From the NCBI GenBank assembly GCA_964016885.1, contig OZ024743.1, positions 223,324,001 to 223,388,000 of the forward strand: a DNA stretch of 64,000 nucleotides, written 5' to 3'. The translations under genes were made by a program, and so were the position numbers. Every line of letters begins with the position of its first letter. Positions within the stretch are counted from its first letter, which is position 1. A model generated the notes under the pieces. That model saw nothing but the letters and a program-made list of their open reading frames with translations. It was not told where the DNA came from and did no database searches. Shown here piece after piece: positions 54,498 to 64,000 of this stretch. The DNA is from Eledone cirrhosa (Eukaryota).

Positions 54498-54644
54498 ATG
54501 CAGAAAGCAGATCCTAACTATGGAGTTGGCATTAACCCTATTAGTCGCCTCATTCAAATCAGACAAGCTAATAAAAAGAAAGAACCTATTTATTCTCTAA
54601 TTGCCGAACATGGTCTCCCCTGGCGCAGAGAATTCGTCATGCAG
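54498..54644 (+). CDS. stau: Staufen exon 8: first half of dsRBD4
   Basis: [49 protein letters not shown]; ttacag| and CAG|gtaagg. Confidence 0.95.
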
Positions 54645-55589
54645 GTAAGGAGAGGTTTTTTTCTTCTCTTTTTGAGTTAGAGTTATCATTTTTACATCAG
54701 TTTATCCATGGTCACATTGGCTGTACAAAGTCTAGAGCTTATCTTGGTTTGATAGGCATTAAGTGACTGAAAGTACATGACTCTGCCCCTTATTGGGATT
54801 CCAGTCTGTCCAAAAGCTAACCCCTAGCTGCCATTGGTACTCATTTTCAACTGAGTGAACTGGAGTAACATAAAATGAAGTATCTTGCTGAAGAACACAA
54901 TGCATCACCCAGTCTGAAAACCAAACCTATTATCTTATGATCATGAGTCTAACACCCTAAACACTATGCCATGTGCCTTTATCTCTCTCTTTTTAGATTA
55001 AAGTAAAATGGCTGTAAGCTTAAAGTGTTGGACTACTGGTCACATAGTAATATGATTAGATCCTCCCATTGTCTTTGTGTTGTGTCTTGAAACAAGGCAT
55101 CTTAGTTCATTTCTGTGATTATCAGCTGGATTAGATACACTTTCTACTGATAATCCCTCACTTAAGCATGAATTAGGAGCAGAGCCTATTTTAGTTCAAT
55201 GCAAACTGAAACAAGCATAATGATGCTTGCTGACTGGCTATCAATTTCATGATAACCCTTTCAATCAAATAAATTGACCAGCTCTATAATAAGCCTACAG
55301 ATGCAATACAAGTTCAATATGTGATAAATAGATCCAAGGATAAACCACTCATGGATGAAAAGCCACATTGTTATTGTTGAGTGACTGAATCTGGGAAGTA
55401 CTCATCTATACCACGCGAGATGTATCATCTAAATTTTAACTATACCTTCAAACCTTACAACTAACAATGCAGATGTGATACAATTTTAATATGTGATAAA
55501 CAAATTTAGGGACAGGCTAGACATGGATGAAAAACCACATTTTTAGTGTTGGGTGACCAAAGTGGGTTTCAATCCTCCCATTGCCTAGC

Positions 55590-56080
55590 ATATTCAGCTT
55601 TGAACTGTTGCACACATCATAGGCAACTTTCCTCTACATCTTTCGATCTGTAGCTAGTCCTTCAGTATGTTTGGCAAGAATTGCACAGGCAATAAGGATG
55701 TGCTTCATTTAGTCTTTTCAAGACTTCCAAGAACCATAGCTTTGACAAGTGCCCTCTGTTAGCTCATCATAAAACACTATCCTTGACAGTTGAGACTTCT
55801 TAATTCTGTTTATGTGCCCAGTTCAGCCAAGGATACACTTCATGGTCATTGACTTATTGCTGATGGATTACAGATGCCTGAGAATTTCAGTGTGAGGAAT
55901 TTTGTCTACCTTGCAAGTGATTCAAAAGATATGTTGCAGACAATGAATGTGAAAAACTTCCAATGTTTAGATCTGCTTCCTGTAGAGCATCCAGGCTTCA
56001 CACCCATATAACAGAGCTGAAATACAAGCAGCTTGGTAAACAGTGACCACCATTGTAGAAAAGCAAAGCTGATCATTTCT
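55590..56080 (-). mobile_element. Old RTE/BovB-like LINE fragment
   Basis: The minus strand shows degenerate YGCE.W.LYRKQ....EVFH..CL..I remnants. Confidence 0.6.
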
Positions 56081-56108
56081 GTGTTTAGGTTTTTTTTATT
56101 ATTATCAT

Positions 56109-56306
56109 TGGGGTGAATTGGCAGTATCGGTAGAGGGTCGGACGCCATGCTTTCCAGCATAGAGTTATGTACCTTTATGTTCTGAGTTCAAATCCTGCCA
56201 CGGTTAACTTTGCCTTTCATCCCTACGGGGTCGATAAAATAAAGTATTAGTAATGCACTGGGATAATTGCTGGCCTTGTGCCAAAAGTAGAAACAATTAT
56301 TATTAT
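56109..56306 (+). mobile_element. Nin/Deu-like tRNA SINE just upstream of exon 9
   Basis: Same family as 16962-17333. Confidence 0.8.
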
Positions 56307-56343
56307 TTTAAAAATTATTTAAACATTTTTTTTTTCCTAACAG

Positions 56344-56496
56344 GTAACTGTTGATGAGCACATATATACTGGTGTGGGACAGAATAAGAAATTAGCTAAA
56401 CGGAACGCTGCTGAAGGTATGCTTCAGTTGCTTGGTTACAGTCGACCAGCACCTCAGCCAGCCAAGCCTGCAATCAAAACTGGAAGTAATTCAGAG
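56344..56496 (+). CDS. stau: Staufen exon 9: second half of dsRBD4
   Basis: VTVDEHIYTGVGQNKKLAKRNAAEGMLQLLGYSRPAPQPAKPAIK; ctaacag| and GAG|gtaaag. Confidence 0.95.
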
Positions 56497-56524
56497 GTAA
56501 AGTTTATACTTCCATATTCTTATA

Positions 56525-56739
56525 TGTAGAAATGAGATTATAGGGTCTGGGGTCCATATCATTCCACTGCAAAGTGGTCGTGCAGGTGCCACGGCAAAAA
56601 AAGCACCCAGCACTCATTGTAAATGAGGTTGGTGTTAGGAAGGGCATCCAGCTGTAGAAATCAAGCCAGAATCAGTTCCCGTCCCACCCTTGCAAGCAGG
56701 GAAAAAGCGGACGTAAAATGAAATGATGATGATGATGAT
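56525..56739 (+). mobile_element. CORE-type SINE, 3' half
   Basis: Matches 19603-19830; (gat)n tail. Confidence 0.8.
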
Positions 56740-56742
56740 ATA

Positions 56743-57987
56743 CAGGGTGTGGATGATATTTGTTCACAATTTTCAACTGCTAATTTTATGCAAATTTTTT
56801 TTACTTCCGTTGTCACTCTTGTCATCATAAAAACAGTGACTATATTTCGATTATTTATTTTCAGAATAATTGATTATGAATAATTTTGAACCTCCAAATT
56901 TGTGGAAGAGACACAGAGTTCTTCTTGGAATCCGCGCCGGGAGGACAAATAAGGAAATTTCAGACTTTCTCAGCGTCAGCAGGAGAACGGTGGAAAAGGT
57001 CAGAAAGGAATTTTGAAGATTCAGGATTCGACTAAGAAGCAACATCAGAACGCCCGAGTTCATTGCTGAAGTTCAGGATATCATCAACAATGAACCTACC
57101 AAATCGATGCGTGCCATTGCAAGGGAGAAAGGCGTGGATGAAAAGCTCATTAGACTGGTGGTACATGAAGACATTCGCTACGTTTCATACAAGATGAAAG
57201 GACAATTTCTGTCAAAGGCGATGCAAGAAAAGCGACTGAAGCACGCAAAGAAGCTGATCAACAAGTTGAAACACCCATTGGAGCCAGACATGCTGTGGTT
57301 TTTCTCCGAGAAAAAAGACCAGAAGATCAACTCCCAGAACAACAGGTGGCTCGCTGTCTCATCCAAAGACGTGCCCAGAGGCATGCAGACAAAGTTTCCA
57401 GCGACAACATTGGTCTTAGGTGTCGTCAGCAGTCAAAGTGACGTCATGCCACCCCACTTCTTCTCTGAGGGCCTCAAGCTGAACACCGATGGCTACATCC
57501 GCGTTCTGAGCGAGGTAGTAAAGCCCTGGATCGACCAGGTAGCTGCAGGTAGGCTGTAAGTGTGGCAGCAAGACTCAGCGCCCTGCCATACCAGCCGAAA
57601 GACCCAAGCCTGGCTGTCAGAGAACTTCGTCGACCACACTTCACCTGACATCTGGTCTCCCAGCTCGCCTGACTGCAACCCCCTCGACTTCTTTGTGTGG
57701 GGCGCAGTGGAACGAGACACCAACAGATCTAGCTGCACTACGAAAGACGATCTGAAGGCCAGGATCACAAGTGCCTTTAGGGGCCTAAGTCGGGGGACAG
57801 TGACGAAGGCCTGTAGCCGGTTCCGAGGCCGTCATCAAAGCCAATGGCGGGTTTATTGAGTGAGATCGAAAGAACAAGTCATGAAGACAAACTGACCCAA
57901 GTTTGATAAATATATCTTAAAAAATAAAACTATTGTGTTATTTTTTCCTAGACAGTAATCTTGCGAACAAATATTGTCCGCACCCTG
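56743..57987 (+). mobile_element. Tc1/mariner transposon, DD37D (maT) type, near full length but inactivated
   Basis: TA|CAGGGTGTGGATGATATTTGTTCACAA ... TTGCGAACAAATATTGTCCGCACCCTG|TA. WQQDSAPCH...SPDCNPLD has 37 residues between the Asps. The first Asp is lost (FFSEK) and there is a stop at 57557. Confidence 0.92.
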
Positions 57988-57995
57988 TATATATT

Positions 57996-59330
57996 ATCAT
58001 CATCATCATTTTAATGTCCATTTTTCCACGCTAGCATGGGTTAGACGAGTTGTCCTGCTGTTAGATCAGATGACTGTGTCTTGCTCATACAGAACTGATT
58101 CTGGCTTGGTTTTTTACAGCTGGATGCTTTTCCTAATGCCAACTACTTTACAGAGTGTACTGTGTGTTTTTTGTTTTGTCACCAACATGACCACCTTACA
58201 AGATAACTGGGAGTTTTTTGTCATGTCACCAATCCAAACACTCCACATGGTGAACTAAGCGCCTTCTGTTGTATCACCAATTTGACCACCTTACAGAGTG
58301 GGCTGAGAGCTTTTAGCCAGTTCAGCAGCATTGTGGGAGAGCATGTCTAGTTTTCCATGCTTGTATGCATAGGATGGTCAGGAAAGGTGCATCAGATGTG
58401 GAAAATGGAAGTGGGGTTGTAAGGTGTGGATTGGAGAAATAGGTCTAGAGTGAGGTGGAGTATTAAGACGTGAGGTGTATGGAAGAAGGAGGGTCAGAAG
58501 TGGTACATATTAGACCATTAGATGTCTGCTTCAGCCTGTGTACATGGGAAGGTGGGTCATCACCTTTAAGAGGTGCAATTGTGCAAGGTCGGCTTTTACC
58601 ACCTGGTCCCCAAGTCTTCCTATGTCTTCCTATTCCATAGCTTCCATCAACTTCAAGTGCCCCACACCTTTTTATACAGCTGTCATCCTTCATACGCATC
58701 ACATGTCCATACCCACGCAATCTCCTCTCCTGCACACTGCATCTGATCTCTTTTATGTCTAACTTCTCTCTCAGTTCATTTACACTTTGCCGTTCATGTA
58801 TATTGCTGATATACATCCATCGGAGCACGCAAGCTGCATTTCTTTCCAATCTTTGCAGGTCCTCTGCACACAGCGCCCAGGTCTCACTACTAAACATTGC
58901 TGTTCATATACATTTATCATACAATCATCCTTTCATTTTGAAGGAAAAACCTTTTGTAGCTAACAGCGGTAGTAGCTTCCTGAACTTTTTCCATCTTGTT
59001 CTCACTCTGGTTACAGTATTTCGGAAGACTCACCTCCACTGCTAATTTGGTCACCCAGGTAACTGAAGCTGTCAACTGCTTCAACGGAAACTTCCAAGAA
59101 TTTTATAGCACTTGTTTGCTGTGAGCGTTTGCTGCTTACTGTTCCTATGCATTGACCACATATAAAAGCTACGTTCTTTGCTAGCCCACATGAGATCTGA
59201 CTACATCTCTTGCTTAACCATAGTTTACATTTAGGAATTTCTACCTACCCCTTTCCGACACACTGAGCAGGGCCATTTTCCTGAGGATGTCTGGGCCTTG
59301 TTTTCCTTTCTACTTACTAGAATTTGCCAA
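57996..59330 (-). mobile_element. Older RTE-clade LINE, 5'-truncated and decayed
   Basis: [17 protein letters not shown]...[13 protein letters not shown]; shared 3' UTR; (cat)n tail. Confidence 0.82.
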
Positions 59331-60215
59331 GTTGAATTTAAGAATCATTACCTATCCAGAAAAATTTGTAGCATTGTTCTTTACCAACAAAGAGTCTGGC
59401 TGATCCTCCTCACCATCTTGTCTCTTGTATACAACACTCGTCTCCTTGTTTTTGCTCTTACATCTCTACAATCTAACCAGTATTTCCTCTCATTGTGCCT
59501 ATGTTAATGGTCGCAGCTCTGAAGTTTTGGAATTTACTGGAAGAGGGGGATGGATACTAGACAAGGGATGTGGATTTTGTATTGGAGCTGGTGCCAGCTT
59601 TCCATAACTGGAATAAAGAAAGTTTGCTTGGTTGCCTGTAGTGGAGGGGATTCATGCCAAGAAAAAAAAAATCATCTGGTTGGGATAAATCAGTACAGAC
59701 CAAATCAGTACTTAGTTGGAGCTTTGGCCTAGTGGTTAAGGATTTGAACACAATCGAAGTTATGGATTTGATTCCTTGACTGTGTTCTTAACAAGATGCC
59801 TCATTTCATATTGCTTTTCATAATAGGACTGGGGCCCATATTATTAAAATACCCAAGCTAAACTAAAGGTTTTTTTTTTACACGAGTTAAGGGACCATGC
59901 TTCGCCCAGATATGTTTCATTTTGGTATAGTTTCTACAGTTAGATGTTTTTCTTAATACAAACCACTTTACATGTACTGTGTGCATTTTATTGTGGCACG
60001 AGCACTAGCAAGAATGTTTCATCCTTGACACTCCTGAAAAGTCCTCTACGCTTTTGGCATAATTTCTATAGCTGGATGCCCTTCTTAATGCTAACCTCTT
60101 TATAGAGTGTACTGGGTGTACTTTATTTTGTCTTTATGAAAAAAAGAGGATTTCTTTTTAATTTGATTACATTGTGTTCAGTAAAGTTCACATTATAATT
60201 TTCTTCCTTTTGCAG

Positions 60216-60276
60216 GGTTCCAACTGTGATAAAAAAGTTACATTTCTGGATGCAGAAGTTTCATCATCAACTACAG
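60216..60276 (+). CDS. stau: Staufen exon 10, containing KKVTF (RVxF-type PP1 docking motif)
   Basis: GSNCDKKVTFLDAEVSSSTT; ttgcag| and G|gtaaat; KVTF follows dsRBD4 as in vertebrate Staufen. Confidence 0.88.
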
Positions 60277-60316
60277 GTAAATAGAAAACAATCAAGATTA
60301 TTTTAATTATTCCTCA

Positions 60317-60527
60317 TATAAATTTCCGGTTAGTTGGTTGGTTCGATAACCGGATGGTTGTTATATTGTCAAAGCTCTTTCATCCTACAAGATGGTGAAG
60401 GACAGAACAAAGGGGAGACACAAAATAAAACCTAGTTACTGAGGAGGTCACAGAATGTGTGATGAAAGAGCTTTGACAATATATAAACAACTATCCGGTT
60501 ATTGAACCAACCAATTGGAAACTTATA
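60317..60527. repeat. Inverted repeat, ~65-bp arms, ~76-bp spacer
   Basis: ttggttggttcgataaccggatggttg..tattgtcaaagctctttcatc pairs with gatgaaagagctttgacaata..caactatccggttattgaaccaaccaa. Confidence 0.88.
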
Positions 60528-61028
60528 ATAAATTGAAGTGAAAACCAACAAGTGCGTGTGTTTTTATTGGTAGCATGACCATCCCATATATATATATAAT
60601 AATGAGTGTAACTGGAGTTGCAGCTGCACTATAGCAGATGCCCATATATATATATATATATAAATAAACTAGTATAAGTGCCTGAAGATTAGGTCACAAT
60701 TTTGATACCTCTTACAATTTGGAGCTATGGTCAATATTGTGCCTTGAAACCTTAGGTAGCACCTTTGTTCCATGTATGAACATAAATAGTATTTTATATA
60801 TATATATAAATGTCTTATAAAGCACCCGAAACTATAATGATCCCTAGAAGACAGCCGATGAGTGGGAATTGTCCATGTACTTGTCTTTTCCGAGAGTTCT
60901 GTTTCGTGTATTTCTCCCACCTGTTTTTTTTTTCATGATATTGTAACCACAAACCTAAATTTTAAATCAAGCCTAATTTTTAAATCAAATTGTTATATAT
61001 ATATATATATGTGTGTGTGTGTGATATA

Positions 61029-61356
61029 TTCATTTCATTTCATTTCATTTTACGTCCACTTTTCCCTGCTTGCTAGGGTGGGGCGGGAACTGATTCTGGC
61101 TTGATTTCTACAGCTGGATGCCCTTCCTAACACCAACCTCATTTACAGTGAGTGCTGGGTGCTTTTTTGCCATGGCACCTCCACGTCACTTTGCAGTGGA
61201 ATGATAGGAACCCCAGTCCCTATCATCTCATTTCTACAGCTGAGTAAACTGGAGCAATGTGAAATAAAGTGTCTTGCTCAAGGAAACAACACATCACCCG
61301 GTCTGAGAATTGAACTTAAAACCTTTTGATTGCAAGGCCAATGCTCTAACCACTAA
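61029..61356 (-). mobile_element. Near full-length CORE-type SINE
   Basis: Reverse complement of 19486-19830. Confidence 0.85.
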
Positions 61357-61405
61357 TCCTGGTGACTGGATTTTAAAACCACTGTCAATAAATACACCAG
61401 GATTT

Positions 61406-61466
61406 TTTCATTCTGATGACTGAAAGCAAAATTATTTTGCTTTCAAGAAACCACTGGTAAATGAAA
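61406..61466 (+). ncRNA. Minimal type I hammerhead ribozyme (copy 2), sense to the Staufen pre-mRNA
   Basis: Perfect 7-bp stem I tttcatt/aatgaaa; CTGATGA (61413-19); perfect 11-bp stem II tgaaagcaaaa/ttttgctttca with a C.A mismatch at the core-closing pair; GAAA (61447-50); ACC-act-GGT stem III; predicted GUA cleavage after 61459. Confidence 0.72.
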
Positions 61467-61560
61467 TAATTATCTATGTTGTTTATTACATAACTATATA
61501 TATATATATATACACTTATGTGTATATATGTGTATATATATGTATATATATATTTATGTG

Positions 61561-61592
<32 letters not shown>

Positions 61593-62417
61593 AATGAAAG
61601 GCAGGCTGTATGATGCCTGCATACGAACAGCAATGTTACATGGCAGTGAGACCTGGGCATTGTGTGCAGAGGATATCCGCAGACTGGAGAGGAACGAAGC
61701 TTGCATGCTCCGCTGGATGTGTAATAGTAATATATGTGAACGGCAAAGCATAAACGAACTAAGGGAAAAATTAGAAATAAGAGGGATCAGATGTTGTTTA
61801 CTCGAGAGAAGACTACGTTGGTATGGTCACGTGATGCGCATGAAAGACGACAGCTGTATAAAAAAGTGCAGGGCAATAAAAATAGACGGTAGCCACGGAG
61901 TAGGCAGACCCAGAAAAACCTGGGACGACTTGATAAATTCCGACCTCACACGCTTACACCTCTCCAAGACAATGTCACTGGACCGAGATCTTTGGCGCTA
62001 CACAGTAATAGATAAGACCCGCCTTACCTAAATACAAAGTGAAACCTACTACAGTCAGTAGGCACCTCTAACAAAATACACCCCCGTCCCACTACCCCAC
62101 CCCATCCACACCACCCCTTTCAATGTAAAGTTATGTTGGTACCACAACATCCAGCCCGAAACAAATGAGGTCGTGTAGGTGTCACGACAAAAAAAAACAC
62201 ACAGTCCACGCTGTAATGTGGCCGTGTAGGTAACACGGTAAAAACCTCCCAGTTCCACACTGTAAATGTGGTTGGTGTTAGGAAGGGCATCCAGCCGTAG
62301 AAAACCCGCCAGACAGTCCTATGCGAGCAAGACAACCACTCTTGCCTCAAGTGGGAAAACTCCCGTCCAAACCCATGCAAGCGTGGAATATGGACGTTAA
62401 ACGATGATGATGATGAT
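61593..62417 (+). mobile_element. RTE-clade LINE, 5'-truncated, young copy
   Basis: Open ORF tail [21 protein letters not shown]...KTRLT, 3' UTR, (gat)n tail; starts at a TA run. Confidence 0.92.
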
Positions 62418-62729
62418 GTGTGTGTGTGTACATGCATGCGTTTGTGTGTGCTTCTCATTTGTCAGCTTGTGCAGGCATTGATGTTTGTGTATGTGTTGTG
62501 GCTCAGTGGTTCAATTTGTTTCAAAACAAGGGTTCGCTTCAAGGACATCAAACTATAGAATCCTGCCTTAAAAAGTCTTGTTCAAGCCATGCCAGCATAG
62601 AAAAGCAGATGTAAAAATGATGTTGATGTGCACCTGCTTCTCCTAATACCAGAAGTGTGTTGATTTATCTTTGTTGGTAAAAGCTCAACATTTCAACAAA
62701 GAAGTAGACGTTTGTGTGTTCACCTCATA

Positions 62730-62993
62730 TTAACCCTTTTGATACCAAACTGCCCGACACTGCCACTGGTTCTGTGATCAGAACTTTTTATTTTAAAATG
62801 TTTGTATTTAACTAAAATCTTTTCATCATAATTTCATATAAGACATTTTGTTAAGCTATGCTTCAGATATCAATTTAATAATAGGAAAGTTAGTTATTTC
62901 ACAAAATCCTTTCAAATTCTTGACTATTGTCAAAATTATTGGAAAATGATAGGTGGTGTCTTTCATTAGAAATATGCTAACGAAAGGGTTAAA
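62730..62993 (+). mobile_element. ~260-bp TTAA-flanked MITE (family B)
   Basis: ttaaCCCTTTTGATACC...GCTAACGAAAGGGttaa; related copies near 16402, 32214, 37941, 47825-48107 and 49740-49974 (rc). Confidence 0.7.
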
Positions 62994-63017
62994 GATGAAT
63001 CTGAATCTTTACTTCAG

Positions 63018-63119
63018 GTGCTCCTGTAAACGGTGCCGTCAATGGTCGTGTTGGTTGTCAACTAATGCCTGGTTTGTTGCTTGTACCAGAAGCTAATCTG
63101 CATGCTACTAAGACTTCAG
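63018..63119 (+). CDS. stau: Staufen exon 11 (gene continues beyond the window)
   Basis: GAPVNGAVNGRVGCQLMPGLLLVPEANLHATKTS resembles the QLP.G.L..VPE segment of Staufen C-terminal regions; cttcag| and G|gtaaca; phase consistent. Confidence 0.85.
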
Positions 63120-63714
63120 GTAACAATACATTTTCTATGTTTATATGTGTTGGATATTTCTTAGCCCTTTGTGTGTTGTTATCATTATCGTTGTTTTTAT
63201 GTCTGCTTTAAATGCTGGCATCGTTTAAACAAGATTTTTTGCTCCAGTATTCTACAGCTGGATCCTCTTTCTGGTGCTAACTTTTGTTTTTAAGTTAGGT
63301 TATTATTCCACTGATCTTTACTTGTTGAAAAGCTGAATTGTGGGACAGTTTTAGCATGGTTTGTATAGTTGGATGCCTTTCCTGTTGCCAGATTATTAAA
63401 GGAAAAAAAAAACTTTTTTTTTTGTAGAAAATATGTTTCTCCAATAACCATATTCTTTTTAATACTGTGTGGAAACTGTATGAGCAAGGCAATCTTGAAA
63501 AGTACAAAACATCACTATGACTGCACCATATTAAAAATTCAAGTCCTTACTTTAGTTTTTTAAATGAAATGTCCACTATAAACATTTGAATTAACAAATC
63601 TGGTTTTTGATATTTTCTACTAAATCATAACAGGATGTTAAAAGTTAACTATACTTCATGAAATATCTAATAAACTGTGTCTTTGAATGCTTTGAACCTA
63701 CCAGCATTCCATTC

Positions 63715-63851
63715 CCAATAATATTTTACTATATCCCACAAGTCTGATATTCTAGTTCCAATAATATTTTACTATATCCCACAAGCCTGATATTTCATTC
63801 TCAATAATATTTTACTATAATATTTTACTATAAGTCTGATATTCTAGTTCC
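63715..63851. repeat. Short ~43-bp tandem repeat, about 3 copies
   Basis: caataatattttactatatcccacaagtctgatattctagttc repeated. Confidence 0.75.
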
Positions 63852-64000
63852 ATCATCATCATCATCATCATCATCATTTAACATCCACTTTTTCTACTAG
63901 CAAGGGTTGAACAGGTCTTCACAGACTGAGTTTGTACTGAAGTGGGGCCACTGACCTCCCACACAAGCTGGGGTTTGCATCATGTTTACATACAGTTCAG

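Overview
AT-rich, repeat-dense animal genomic DNA. The SINE/LINE families and very long (TA)n tracts suggest a coleoid cephalopod such as Octopus; this is an inference. The only host gene is a + strand Staufen dsRNA-binding protein gene. I traced 11 phase-consistent GT-AG coding exons from ATG 17388 to 63119 (about 619 codons): an N/Q-rich N-terminus, dsRBD1, split dsRBD2, dsRBD3, dsRBD4 and a KVTF PP1-type motif. The gene continues past the window end, and there is a candidate 36-nt cassette microexon. The first 14 kb is a nest of retroelements in (TA)n tracts: a Penelope-like element with an open RT+GIY-YIG frame, RTE LINE fragments and a decayed Gypsy element with a tRNA-Trp PBS. The introns hold RTE, R4/Dong and CR1 LINEs, two tRNA-SINE families, a Helitron, a piggyBac remnant with derived MITEs, a DD37D mariner and a 43-bp tandem array. 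The most notable unexplained signals are two sense-strand minimal hammerhead ribozymes (13.7 kb, and 61.4 kb inside a Staufen intron). They sit in a recurring class of (TA)n-flanked fold-back islands, and in one island the inverted arm starts at the predicted cleavage site. Two substitutions at conserved basic dsRBD positions could be reverted to Arg by A-to-I editing. Most long ORFs in the supplied track are microsatellite artefacts.
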